The notes beneath the pieces were generated by a model that was given only the letters and a program-made list of their open reading frames with translations, ran no database searches and had not been told where the DNA came from. This document shows positions 1-13,344 of a stretch of 64,000 bases of DNA, in pieces. Position numbers and translations under genes: made by a program. Origin of the DNA: Octopus vulgaris (taxonomy: Eukaryota); assembly GCA_951406725.2 (NCBI GenBank), contig OX597833.1, positions 15,624,001 through 15,688,000 on the forward strand, in the 5' to 3' direction. Position 1 is the first letter of the stretch; every line of letters begins with the position of its first letter.

Positions 1-1759
1 GTCCCCTCTATGTTTAGCCCCTTGTGGGCAGTAAAGAAATATATATTTATATATCTATAAGTATGTTTGTGCGTGCGTGTCTACGTATGTGTGTATTTAG
101 GTTACTTGCCTGTATTTGTCCCCACCCCACTACTGATTGACAAATGATGCTAGGGAATTTATTTTCCGTAATTTTTTTCTGGGTTCGGTAAAAGGGTCGA
201 ATGTAATTCGTAATAAATACTAGGCTAAAAAAGAAATAAGTCACGGGCTTTCTTTCTTCAACTAGAATTCTCCAAGATGGTGCCCCAGCATGGCTGCAGT
301 CTAATGACTGAAACTAGCGAAAGACTATTTAGTAGCCATGTTTGATTTTATGTGCAGTCATAATAAAAACAGTTTTGTATTAATATGAAGAGTTGGCACA
401 AAGCCAGTAATTTTAGGAGTGGAGTAAATGGTACTTCTGAAGTGTTTGCCAAAATTTGGCATTACCAAAATTGTCAACTTTCTTGCCTCCAGGGTTGTTA
501 CATTGTGAGGTAATTGTATTTGACGCAAGTATATATCTGAGATCGATCTATAGTAAACGGTACAGTTTCTAAGTAGATTGCATTTTCTCTCTCCATTTCT
601 CTTATCCTTGATGCCATTGGTAATGATATTACGTGAAGAAAGGATCTGATAATAATTTGAAAAACAATGCTCCAAAATGTAACCGCCTTTATATTTATAA
701 ATGATGTTTGACAATATTGTAAGTCTGAAGACTATTCCGACTCTCTTGTTACAAAACTGGAATAAAATTTAGGACCACAAAATGCACTACAGATAGTTTG
801 AGAAACGATTAAGTGGGTGTAATAGTAGGGTTTCTGCTATTATCTGTTGAAAACCCGATGGGTCCTGAAGGCAACTGTTATAAATATTCAAATATACTAA
901 AGGTAGATAAAATTCTAAACTGTGTGATAAGCAGAAGCGTGACGTTCACCTATTGAATACAGGTAAACATGCTGTTCAAACGCAATCTACATTCCAGAAT
1001 TTTAATTACAACAACCAACACATGAATTCTTGCAGTGTTACTCCTACTGTGCAGTCTTCATTAAAATGACAAAGATGGAACATGAAGACCTTAACAGGAA
1101 TATTGCCTTCAAACTTTGGCACAAGTCCAGAAATTTAGGGAGATGGGATGTGTCAATTACATCGTCACATTATTCGATTGGTATTTTATCAACCCCGAAA
1201 GGATAAAAGGAAAAGTCGATCCCGGGCGAATTTGAACTCAGAACGTAAAGACGTATTGTGACAATGATAAATTTTCATTTTATTTCCGGATTGCTAACGA
1301 TTCTGCAACCACGCGATCTTTTAATGAAAGGGAAATATTAGGAAGTTGATTAAAAATTTCAAACGTTTATGTGCACCACGATGTGTGCTCCAGTAGCGCA
1401 CAAAACCGAAGAATGGAAGACAAGAAATTACCAACCGAACGTGAATCATTTGATCAGTATTTCTGAAATGAGAAAAGGAAATTATTTTTGTTGCATGTTC
1501 GAAAAAAAAAACCGAAAAAAACTGCAGCGTTTTTAAAGATAATATTGTGAACAACTACTGCTAGAAAGAGAATCAAATTGGAACAAGAAAGTAAATATGA
1601 AAGTATGCTAGTACTTGGTCAGTTTGAAAGGCATGACAATATTAAAAACAGATAAACGGTAATGGAATTGACTAGAAAATGAGAGAAATGAAACGGGAAA
1701 TTGAGGGAATATTATTTGCAGCTCAAAAAAAGAAGTCTTCATTTCGAAATCTGTCCAAC

Positions 1760-1817
<58 letters not shown>

Positions 1818-1900
1818 GAAAAATTGTAAAAATGCAGAATGCTTGATTGAAAGAAAATTTTAATGAAATGAGAAAATGAAAAAATATATAAATATATATT

Positions 1901-1942
1901 TATTCAAACCGGTTTTCGTCATAGTTTGACTTATCAAGAATA
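1901..1942 (-). ncRNA. Minimal type I hammerhead ribozyme (U3-A8 core variant)
   Basis: Minus strand reads UAUUC-UUGAUAA-GUCA-aacua-UGAC-GAAA-ACCGGU-UU-GAAUA: 5-bp stem I, 4-bp stem II and palindromic stem III. It lies in a ~145-bp island between two (TA)n tracts. Confidence 0.75.
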
Positions 1943-1954
1943 GTTAGGTGAAAA

Positions 1955-2017
<63 letters not shown>

Positions 2018-2019
<2 letters not shown>

Positions 2020-2251
2020 AAAAGTGATCTCTAGAGCACCACCAGCAAAAATATTTTTTCATCTGTCTTCCCTTCTTGGGATCTTTCCTTCTCCTTGTTT
2101 CCGACGAAGAGCTCCGCTCGAAACGTTAAATCCTCCTTCCCTTCTTTCCTGAGCGTCAATAATACTTTAATTGTTCCACGTCCTCGCGTTGCTGTCTTTT
2201 TTTTCCCTTTTTTCTCTCTTTTTTTCTGTGTTTTCTTGTTTGGATTAACTT
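2018..2251 (+). mobile_element. Short (TA)n-embedded repeat (Penelope pseudo-LTR-like) with hammerhead-like motif at 2097-2130
   Basis: GUUU-CCGACGA-A-GAGC-ucc-GCUC-GAAACGUU-AAA. Near-identical copies at 23690-23875 and 62305-62508, all flanked by (TA)n. Confidence 0.65.
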
Positions 2252-2372
<121 letters not shown>

Positions 2373-2380
2373 TCATAATC

Positions 2381-2757
2381 ATCATCATCATCATTTAGCG
2401 TCCGCTTTCCCTGCTAGCATGGGTTGGACGGTTCAACTGGGGTCTGGGAAGACAGAAGGCTGCACCAGGCCCAGTCTGTTCTGGCAATGTTTCTACGGCT
2501 GGATGCCCTTCCTAACGCCAACCACTCCGTGAGTGTAGTGGGTGCTTTTTACATACCACCGGCACAGGTGCCAGGGGAGGCTGGCAAACGGCCACGATCA
2601 GATGGTGCTTTTTACGTGCCACCGGCACGGGGTCTAGGCGAGGCTGGCAAGGGCCACGATCGGATGGTGCTTTTTACGTAGCCCGTCGGGGCGGCGCTGT
2701 CAACGACCACGTTTGGATGGTTCATTTACGTGCCACCGGCATTGGTATCACAGCTAC
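2381..2757 (-). mobile_element. SINE-like element (family D) with (TGA)n tail and internal ~55-bp tandem units
   Basis: Homologous to 24615-25020. Starts on + with catcatcatcat-ttagcgtccgctttcc, and the unit gtgctttttacgtgccaccggcac...ggccacgatc is repeated. Confidence 0.75.
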
Positions 2758-2779
2758 ATATGTATATAATATATATAAT

Positions 2780-2959
2780 TGAAAACATTGGAGTCAACAA
2801 GAAGGGGTACGGTTGGACATTTCTTTTTGACTCACTACAGTTGTTTCAACGCAACGTAGTTCTCCAGGAGTGCTAATAACTACCTTCCGTTGAAACAATT
2901 GCAGTGATTAGAAAATAACTGTCCAATCGTATTCCGTCTTCTTGACTCCAATTTTTTCA
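2780..2959. repeat. Imperfect inverted repeat, ~72-bp arms and ~36-bp spacer
   Basis: 2780-2851 matches the reverse complement of 2888-2959 at about 59/72 by manual alignment. Confidence 0.85.
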
Positions 2960-3215
2960 TATATTTGTTCGCACACGACAGATTTTGCCCCCCCAAAATC
3001 ACATTTTCAAAATTTTTATTTCCTTCACCCCAATTTCTTAATTTTTAACTTTTTTCGAATTTTTTAAAAATCCATGTAAAAGAAATACAATTACTGAATA
3101 GCAGAGAGTATATCTGAAGGCGGACGAGCTTTATACTGTACCCTTCTACGTTCTTAACAGAATACAACGTACCTATATATATATAAAAATAAGCAACAAG
3201 AATGAATCCGGTAAT

Positions 3216-3301
3216 TTAGTACAATTGTTTCATACTACAACATTTTATTAAAAGCTGTAAATATTACAGCAGATTTAAGATGCTGAGTAATCTTCAGCTA
3301 A
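3216..3301 (-). ncRNA. Type I hammerhead ribozyme with long stem II
   Basis: UUAG-CUGAAGA-U-UACU-[CAGCAU...GCUGUAA ua UUUACAGC...AUGUUG]-AGUA-U-GAAAC-AAUU-GUA-CUAA. Confidence 0.75.
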
Positions 3302-3487
3302 TTTTATATAGGTTTTCCAATAATATAAAAGTTTTCAAATCAATTACTAACATCTTAGGGAAGGTAAACATACAGATAAAGATGTAGATATGAATCTTAG
3401 GAACATGAGGTCGTGTGGTTCAGATGCTAACTGACCAAAACTTTGTTTATAACTGACTGCTGTAAGAAAATTTCTTTAGTTATAAGG

Positions 3488-3518
<31 letters not shown>

Positions 3519-3522
<4 letters not shown>

Positions 3523-3689
3523 TCTATAATTATGGGTATAATTATAATTAGGGTTCAGTAAAATTTACTTCACCACATACTGAAATTTAGAAATAGCAGT
3601 TATTTCACTGCTATTTCTAAATTTCGGTATGTGGTGAAGTAAATTTTTATTGAACTCTAATTATAATTATACTCATAATTATAGAATTT
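3519..3689. repeat. Near-perfect fold-back, ~82-bp arms and 6-nt loop
   Basis: 3519-3600 versus the reverse complement of 3607-3689 differ by 4 substitutions and 1 indel. Related sequence at ~62570-62760. Confidence 0.9.
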
Positions 3690-3791
3690 TTGTATAAGTT
3701 TACCGATAATGTTTCTTTTAACATAACGAACTACTTGGTAAAATTATTAATTATTAATTAATTACTTTTTCCCTTTGTTATATGTATATAT

Positions 3792-3846
<55 letters not shown>

Positions 3847-4109
3847 TGGCGAAACTATGCATAGTCCAGGAAAGAAAGGGTAAACGATTTTAATTCTCAT
3901 TCACTTTCAGAATTACTACTATTATTGGTTTGGAGTTTAACTGGTCTTTCTAGTGAGTCAGATGTCCTATTATGGTCATCTCTTATATATTTTTCTATGA
4001 ATAATATATAGTCTATTGACTAATTTTTCCTTCTCGCTAGACCACTGGTAGCAGGGAATTTTTCTAATTTTTATTTTGCTACCCTAAGATTTATTAATCA
4101 TATACATAT

Positions 4110-4391
4110 CATGTGATCACGTGACCGACCAAACCATCAGATGTTGTTACACATCGCTGGTCACAATGTTTTAACCTTCGAATGACGCCATCCCCCTGGC
4201 TAAGCGAGCAGGCCAACAGAAGAAAGAGTGAAAGAAAGAGTGGTGATAGAGTACAGCAGGGATCACCAACCCCTGCCGGAGCCTCGTGGAACTTTTAAGG
4301 TGTTTTCGCTCAATAAACACTCACAACGCCCGGTCTGGGAATCGAAACCGCGAGCCGACTGACCTAACCACAGGGCCATTGCGACCTCCAC
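4110..4391 (-). mobile_element. tRNA-derived SINE, family B (gtcacgtgatcac tail)
   Basis: Homologous to 9368-9667. Has A-box-like tggccc-gtggttagg and B-box-like ggtttcgattccc. Confidence 0.85.
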
Positions 4392-4393
4392 AC

Positions 4394-4613
<220 letters not shown>

Positions 4614-4717
4614 CCACGTATGAGCTAGAAATTTGTTTCTTCTAAAACAGTGAGCAGTACATTCGTCAATGAGCATCTTCATCTTATAAGATTATATCTT
4701 ATAATTTATCATACATT

Positions 4718-4786
<69 letters not shown>

Positions 4787-5438
4787 GAGCCCGTCCGCCA
4801 ACGCAAACGTTTCCTTCTTCCACTCATATTCTCTCGCAGTCTGTGTGCGGGTATACACGCTTATATGCACGAGTGCATATTTGTCGTATCTGTTATATAT
4901 CATAAACCTATAAAAGTGTAGTAAATTAATGTATAACTGTTGGTGGACTGTAATTCGAGTGAAACCTAAATGTTTAGTCTTAACATATTTTCAATTTAAT
5001 ATTCATAAATGCATTTTTTATTAGGTTATATTTTGTCTGAAAATATGCTCTGTTTGATGAATTACGGCTCTGCAATAAGTGCGACACTAGACGTTTAAAT
5101 AAGACTATTCTGGCGTCAGCAAATATTAAAACGGATATAAATTCACGAACAGAAGATATAACTACTTATTTAATGCGAAAGCTAATCTTGCAACGTATTT
5201 AAAATTTATTTTATTTCATTGAAATATTACTTCCCCAAGATATTTCTCTGTCCCTCTATCTGTTACTCTCTCTCTCCCTCATGATATATATATATATATA
5301 TATATATGCATATATATATAACCATATATATATATATGCATATATATATAAACATATATATATATATATGCATATATATATAAACATATATATATATATA
5401 TGCATATTTATATATATATATATATGCATATATATATA

Positions 5439-5510
<72 letters not shown>

Positions 5511-5541
5511 TATATATATAAACATATATATATATATATGC

Positions 5542-5589
<48 letters not shown>

Positions 5590-5808
5590 GAATATAAACA
5601 AGAAGGGTAGTAATATTATTTACTACCAGGTGCCCAGCACAAAAGACGAATTAGTCATAAGACGAAAATATTATTCATATAGAAAAATATTATTCATGTG
5701 GTTATACAATTAAAGGCTCCTAAATAAAGATGCCAAGTGCTGGGAACACAAAAAGGGGATGAATTTATCGAGAGTGAAAATCAAAAACGTTTACCGATAA
5801 TTTTAACA

Positions 5809-5882
5809 ACTCGTACCGCGGTTTCTGCTTCTTTCTAGCAAAACACAGAATATGTTTGCTAAGGCTGGCTTCATCAGCGAGT
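5809..5882 (-). ncRNA. Type I hammerhead ribozyme
   Basis: ACUCG-CUGAUGA-A-GC...UAGCAAACAUA uuc UGUGUUUUGCUA...GC-A-GAAAC-CGCG-GUA-CGAGU. Canonical core, 5-bp stem I, palindromic loop 3. Confidence 0.8.
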
Positions 5883-6120
5883 CGCCTGAATTTAATCGAG
5901 GTCCGCAGCGATGTGGGGCTATATATATATAGAAAATAGTAAAAAGTGAAAAAACTTTTTTCACTTCTATTTATATATATATACTTTATTTAAAGCAGCA
6001 GAAAATTCAACAAAACCTGTTACTCTGAATTTTCTGCTGCTTTAAATATAGCACATTACTCTACCACTGGTATTTGAGTACTCTTTTTTCCACCTTGTTT
6101 CACATTTATGTGTTTACTCC

Positions 6121-6175
<55 letters not shown>

Positions 6176-6279
6176 AAATTTATACATATATATATGCTTG
6201 GCATTATACGTATATCTACTCATGTACATTTGTATGTACAAATGTGTGTACTTACATTTAAGTATATTTTGTATACACA

Positions 6280-6317
<38 letters not shown>

Positions 6318-6340
6318 GTGTATATATATATTAGTAATAT

Positions 6341-7009
6341 TCGTAGCCCCTTCAACATGGCTGTTCGTTCAAAGGGACTCTACTGCGATCTTTTATACTC
6401 AAGGAGGACTTCTCCTCTTGCTAGTTAACAATGTGGGCTGCATCTGATAAATTGCAAGCAAGACAGCGAACACTTGTCACCTTCTAGAGACGAAACCAGT
6501 AGATTAGTCCTCTTTTCGGGCTATTTAACCCCTTTTTTCTAGTACTGGACACCTCGTCTGCTAGATATGGCAGTAACCCGGCCCTTGTTCGCAAAATATA
6601 TATTCGAAGCGAACATACAAAAATGCAACAAACAAAAATGCTAGTTCAAAAACCTTTCTAAGGGATCAACGCAGTAATTTTACTTACATGTAATATACGT
6701 AACCACTTCAACATGGCTGTTTGTTCGAACGGATTCTATTGCGAGTTTTTTTAACCATAAGAAGATATCTCCTGTAGTTAGTTAACGATGTAGAGCTGCA
6801 GTCTGCAGTACTGAACAATAGCAGAAATAGCTTGAAAGCAGGTCTGGTCTAGCGGCACCGTCGTTAGAAGGTAGTAGGGGTTCGTTCCCTTGTTCGCAAT
6901 TTATGGGATGCGGCTCTGCATCGTTAACACGCTAGGGATGTCCTCTGGGGATTAGAAAAATCGTAGTAGAGTCCGTTCGAACGGACAGCTATGCTGAAGT
7001 GGCTACGAA
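6341..7009. repeat. Three diverged ~100-bp copies: two direct (6341-6442, 6698-6800) and one inverted (6909-7009)
   Basis: Shared motif cgtagccacttcaacatggctgt.cgttcgaacggactctact...gttaacgatg.agagctgca. Both direct units are followed by cccttgttcgcaa. Confidence 0.75.
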
Positions 7010-7044
7010 CAATACTTGTCATTACAACTATTACACTGAGAAAT

Positions 7045-7615
7045 TTTAGAAATAGCATCTCCCTTTGGTATTACAAGGAATTCTGTTGGTCTCTCGGTCA
7101 ACTCTGCACCCCCACCACATAGTAATGCAGGGCGTTACAGTTTGGTGTGTCAGGTGGCCAGATGTTAGGGGTTGTGTGGTCGCAGAAATTCTGACAGCTA
7201 TGACTGGGTCCTCCTGCATGTGTGTCATGGTGCAGAGTCCTGTTGCCAGATACAGGGCCTTCAAGCAATCACCCTTTTGAGCCAAAGCAGCACTATCTCC
7301 TCCAGGAACTTGATGTAGGCTTCCATGTTGACTCTGAGGCCGTGTGGGAAGATGAATGGAGTCATAATTTCGCTATCACTATTGATCACTCGAAACACCA
7401 CGAAGTTGCCTGGATGTTTCATTTTTATCACGCTCGGTTCATGCCCAAGACTGACACCCAAACAATACGAAAGTGCGTCATGGTGCTGATTTTTTTTCTT
7501 TGGGACGCTGTCAAATGGGCCCTACTATACTGTGTAGTCGACAAAATCAAAAACAAACACTGCACATGCGCGAAACTGGAAATGCAAAATGGGGACAATT
7601 TATCCATCGCCCACA

Positions 7616-7618
<3 letters not shown>
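7045..7618 (-). mobile_element. Tc1/mariner-superfamily DD37D (maT-like) transposon, deleted fossil; a further 3' fragment lies at 7745-7945 (+)
   Basis: KHPGNFVVFRVINSDSEIMTPFIFPHGLRVN and IWQQDSAP motifs, homologous to 26045-26865, with a TA-flanked terminus at 7618. Confidence 0.8.
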
Positions 7619-7703
<85 letters not shown>

Positions 7704-8022
7704 CAAACCAGTTTGATTGAGACTCCTTGGTACTCTGAGCTTCAAGTGTGCGGCCAGCTAACTCCACAGATTGCAACCCCCTTGATCGGGAGATTAAAAA
7801 TACTCTTTGCAACAGCAAAGATGGACTGAAGGCAAAAATTATGGCACCAATGACCGTCCAAAAGACTTGCTGGAGATTCGTGATATTTTTATATAATTTT
7901 GGTAAACATACACGTCAAAATGGGTTGTCAGTTTTATTTCTATTTTGGGGTATGTATGTGTGCATGTATGTATGTATGTATGTATGTATGTATATATGTA
8001 TGTGCGTGTGTATGTATATATG

Positions 8023-8055
<33 letters not shown>

Positions 8056-8726
8056 ATGTGTGTGTGTGTGTGTATGTCTGTATGTATAGTATAGGACAGT
8101 AAGAAATTGTCATAAAAGATCTCACAGTTTCAAATACCGGAGCTAAAATCTTCGAGATATTTTCATCGGCTATTTGGACGATAGATGCTATGAAAAAAAA
8201 AAACCGTTGAATAAAAGGGAAGTTATTCTAATACGCATGAAAAAAAATATAAAAGATATGAAATATAAAAAAATTAAAAACTTTTAAAATTATAAAAATT
8301 ACACGCAACCACTTTCTCACAAATCTACATAGTAATAATACAGCCTGCTCATGAGACACGATCGTATTCAGTGAACCCAACAATCGAACTATTACCACTA
8401 TTACCTGCAATGTGACTACAGGTAACAGTGGTGACATCTTTTTCCTACCCAACATTGGTAACGATATAACCCGCCCCCTTTTTAGAAATAACATACCGCC
8501 GATCCTATTTAAAGGAATTACTCGGAAAAAATACAAGACGAAGACAAAAGGGGTCCTTTATATGTACCAGTATGCAATTAAGAAGATTAGGGTTAATTGA
8601 GAAGTTTAACTGATGAATTTCAAAAAGGAGAAGTGCCCGAAGCGTCATAGGGGTACCTGTGAAGAGGCGTCAGGTAGACAACTTCACTACAGGAAAAATC
8701 GCACGCAGGGTGAGTTCTACTGAGAT

Positions 8727-8849
8727 GTCACGACGACGGCTTCGGCGGCGCCGCGCTAGCGGAAAAGCACTAATCGACGCGCTAGTTAACAGGCCGGAGT
8801 CTCGTTCGTTATCGGAATCAACCAGACGGATCGCTCCCCCCAACTAAGA
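8727..8849 (-). pseudogene. 18S rRNA fragment (conserved helix region plus start of a GC-rich V7)
   Basis: Minus strand ctcttagttgggggagcgatccgtctggttgattccgataacgaacgagactccggcctgttaactag matches the conserved eukaryotic SSU motif TTAGTTGGTGGAGCGATTTGTCTGGTTAATTCCGATAACGAACGAGAC. Confidence 0.85.
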
Positions 8850-9269
8850 GTTCTCTGTTTGTTTTAGTAATATATCAATTTTTTCCTGAATATAGATAGC
8901 GGTAGTAAAGAGCGTATGGAGACCACGTGCTTTGACATTTGGTGTCTAGATTGCGAATAATTAATTGTTACGAGAAAACAAATATGGAGAATGAAAATTT
9001 CGAAAGACGCAGATGTTGCTTGTTAAAGCAATAAGGTCATTGAGATAAGAGAAAGAGTTGTAACAATATAGGAACATTATGTAGTACATTGCTAAAACTC
9101 TTCACCATGACTCTTTCAAAACTCAAGTGTCAATAAGTGATAGCGGCGTGGAAGTCACATTTTAGCTATTCATGCACAAAGATTTCTTCATTACTTCGTG
9201 GCAAACATTTCGTCACGCTAATATCTATGTATGGGTATGTATACAGACACACACATACATTACATACAT

Positions 9270-9354
<85 letters not shown>

Positions 9355-9367
9355 TACATATATATTT

Positions 9368-9765
<398 letters not shown>

Positions 9766-10129
9766 TACAACAAGGAAGTAAGAAGAAAGTAAGAAGAAAA
9801 ATAAGCAAAATGCACATTGTAAATCAAAAAAGTAAAGGCATTTTTATGAAAAGTAACGAAATATATATGTATACAATTAGATGAACTGAGGTAGGAATAA
9901 AAGTAATAAAAGTCATTATTGTGAATTGCTACATAAATTCAAAAACATACAAGCTTCGTAAACTTACTGATCACTGCTTTGGATGCACACCGATTACCGA
10001 ATGGTGTCGGGTCTAACAGTCCCTAAGTAAAATAAAAAGATTACGTGTAAAGGCGATAAGTAATTCTGGATTTGGTACAATTAGGGTAGAATTTCGGGCC
10101 TTGTGCACCTAGAGTAGAAAAGAATATAT

Positions 10130-10760
10130 CAGCCGCTGGCAAATGGCAGGATTATCAGCACGCCGAACAAAATGTTTAGCAGCTTTTTATCCGTCTTTAC
10201 GTTCAAGTAATCCCGATGTCGACTTTGACTTTCCTCTTTTTGGAGTCGATAAAAATAGGTACCAGTTGGACACTGGTGTCGAATGTAATCGTCTTAACCC
10301 CTCCCCCGAATCTTCTGACCTTGTCCCAAATTTTGAAACCAATATTGTTTTTATACACGTAAGGCGTTGAGAATCGTTAGCACGCCGGGCAAAATGCTTA
10401 GCGGTATTTCGTCTGCCGTTACGTTCTGAGTTCAAATTCCGCCGAGGTCGAATTTGCCTTTCATCCTTTCGGGGTCGATTAAATAAGCACCAGTTACGCA
10501 CTGGGGTCGATGTAATCGACTTAATCCGTTTCTCTGTCCTTGTTTGTCCTCTCTGTGTTTGCCTCCTTGTGGGTTATAAAGAAATAGGTATTTCGAACGT
10601 CTTTTCGCACTCAAGTTCTGAGTTCACATCCCGCCGTGGTCGACTTTGTCTCTCATCCTTTCGCGGTCGATAAAGGTAAGTACCATCTGAGCACTGGGCT
10701 CGATGTAATCAACTTACTCCCTACAACGAAATTACGAGCCTTGTGCCGAAATTTGAAATC
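10130..10760 (+). mobile_element. Cluster of tRNA-derived SINEs, family A (three units)
   Basis: Repeated gttagcacgccgggcaaaatgcttagcggtattt...gagttcaaattccgccgaggtcga...cctttcggggtcgat. Other copies at 1-42, 1109-1306 (-), 14327-14537, 14905-15040, 21780-22197 and 34015-34160 (-). Confidence 0.9.
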
Positions 10761-11253
10761 GCATTTTATGATGTCTCTAAAATTTCAGTTGTTAGATTAT
10801 AGAAATCAATGTACGTAGATTTATTTGAGGCCCTAAAAGCATAACCGTTTATATCCCTGAATATGTCCATAAATGATGCAATGTCAATTTAACACGAGAA
10901 TCCTATTTCCGTGCCAGGTTAAACTTGATGAGCATTCTACTTGACGTGTTAGGCAAGGTCACCGTGATATTTTACGCAACGCAGAAACGGATGGCATTGT
11001 TTACAGCATGTTAACTACATGCCAAAAACAGATACCTGAGAAGGGAACAAGAACACGAAACAGGAAGAATGAAAAGAAAAGCAGTGGATGTGGTTAATAT
11101 TTAAGTGAGGGTCACGAAAGTGTGAGCAATAAAGGCAGAGTAATTCTGTACAGCGGTTACAGAAGTAAAACGTGATAATTTAATATGAATAGAAAAAAAT
11201 ACTGAAAGATGGATACACGCATGTAAGTGTAGTATAATTGACACGTAACAGCA

Positions 11254-11334
<81 letters not shown>

Positions 11335-11814
11335 AGAGAGAAGGAGAGATATAGAGAGAAAGAGAGAGGTATAATAATACGGATAAATAAGATATGGCTT
11401 GAAATATATATATAGACAATGCATTCAGAAGATAAACACATATGTACAAGCATATAGATATCTACATATGCTGACAAATAAATTTACCTTTTTCAGAGAA
11501 CATAAAATGTATTGAACACTAAGAGGAGAGTGCATAATATTTTTTTAACTTGACAACTGTTTCTGAGAGCTTGCAGTTACGCGAGAGTCCTAATGTGCAT
11601 AATTACCAGATTACATTTTCAAAAAGCCATGGATATGCAAAGAGCATATTGTCGCCTCTTTCTTTTGTAACCGCTATGCGAAATTATCGTAATCTATTGC
11701 ATCGTGACCCTCAGTTAAATATTAACCACGTCGTCCATAATTCTGGCTCCCTTGGTCAAGTGGGAAATTGGCAAATAACAGTTCATATTGTAGTGCGGTT
11801 TAAAGGTTGAATGG

Positions 11815-11822
11815 AAGAAGAA

Positions 11823-11876
<54 letters not shown>

Positions 11877-12092
11877 GAAGAAGAAGAAGAAGAAGAAGAA
11901 GAAGAAAAAGAAGAAAAGAAGATGATGCTGATGAAGAAGAAGAAGAAGAAGAAGAAGAAGAAGAAGAAAAAAAAGAAGAAAAGAAGATGATGCTGATGAA
12001 GAAGGAGAAGAAGAAGAAGAAGAAGAAGAAGAAGAAGAAGAAGAAGAAGAAGAAGAAGAAGAAGAAGGAGAAGAAGAAGAAGAAGAAGAAGA
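11815..12092. repeat. Compound (GAT)n/(GAA)n microsatellite
   Basis: Directly visible. Confidence 0.97.
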
Positions 12093-12094
12093 AT

Positions 12095-12895
12095 TACTGT
12101 ACGTAATAGGGAAAAATGAAGGCTTACATGACAAGCACACGTCAGAAAATCCATTGAGTAATGAGTGGTTGCGGTGAGGGATGATAGCTAGTGATTCCAT
12201 TGAACATAATTTACCAAAATTGAGGTTAGTAGTGTAGGGCGAAGCCTCGCAGACTATGGTCTAGGATAGGGTATAGAGAATATATTGAGACTTGACGTTG
12301 GTTAAATATAGGAAATAGAGAGTGTACAGGCTCGATTTCAGAATGAATTAATGTGAACCCGTTGGTGGCGCACGAAATCAACAGTGCCACCAATGGTGGG
12401 AACGTGGTGTTATTATGTGGCATTTATATACTATAATATAGCGTAAACTGAAGCTATCCAACGGACAAGTGCAGATTCCTTACTATGAATGGGTTTAGAG
12501 TCGATCGCTATTCCGGTCCGGTTTATATGGTATGTTATCTCCAAAAAAGGGGCAGGATATACCGTTACCAAGGTTGGATACGGAAAAGATTGCAGGTAAT
12601 AGTTCGATGGTTGGTATTTCTGAATACGATTGGGTTCTCATGGGCTGGCTATGAGGTGAGTTCGGGTGGGGTTGAGGAGGACAGATAATAGGGTCTATCG
12701 TAAGATGGTATCTTTTGCATCTATAGGAGGAAGCAAATATGGCTCCTAAGTTTGGTGAAATGGAATAGGGTATATTAAACGAAGTTTTATTAAAGAATGA
12801 GTAATATCTATGTTGTGGTAGGAAACTGGATTTTAGGATTTTAAAGTAAATGATTTAACTCGAAGATATAACTGGTATTAACATTGTATGTAAAT
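12095..12895 (-). mobile_element. Penelope-like element fossil (post-RT linker and GIY-YIG region)
   Basis: Manual translation gives FKILKSSFLPQHRYYSFFNKTSFNIPYSISPNLGAIF (~12740-12850) and CPLDSFSLRYIIVYKCHI (~12415-12470). These resemble the PLE motifs F.K.H..HKIFN..T.KISYSC.PN and CPL.G.CL...IVYKC. Confidence 0.6.
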
Positions 12896-13249
12896 CTTTT
12901 ACCTCATGCCTTTTACTTGTTTCAGTCATTTGACAGCGGCCATGCAAGAACACCGCCTTGACGGTTTTCAGTCGAAAAAACGACACCAAGACATGTTTTT
13001 AAAACCTAGTAGTTATTCTGTCGGGTATCTTTTGCCGAACCGCTATGTTACTTGGATGTAAAGGAACCAGCACCGGTGGGGATGGGAGACACACACAAAT
13101 AAACACACACGCACACACATGAGATCAATGTTTTTGTTTTGTAAGTTGTTTTGTATGTTTGTGTATGTTTTTTTTATTTTGTATGTTGTTTTCTATGTTG
13201 TAGTTTGTTTCTGTTTTGTATGTTGTCGCCGCCTTGTGCATTATTAATA

Positions 13250-13264
13250 TTACTACCATCATCG

Positions 13265-13310
<46 letters not shown>

Positions 13311-13311
13311 A

Positions 13312-13344
<33 letters not shown>

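Noticed and set aside
2530-2757. Repeat-spacer-like pattern resembling CRISPR
   Set aside because: Whole units are homologous and diverged, they lie inside a eukaryotic SINE, and there are no cas genes.
8122-8172. CCGAUGA-AAAUAUC...GGUAUUU-GAAAC on the minus strand
   Set aside because: Core and stem II are plausible but no cleavage triplet or stem I was found, so it is counted only as a partial relic.
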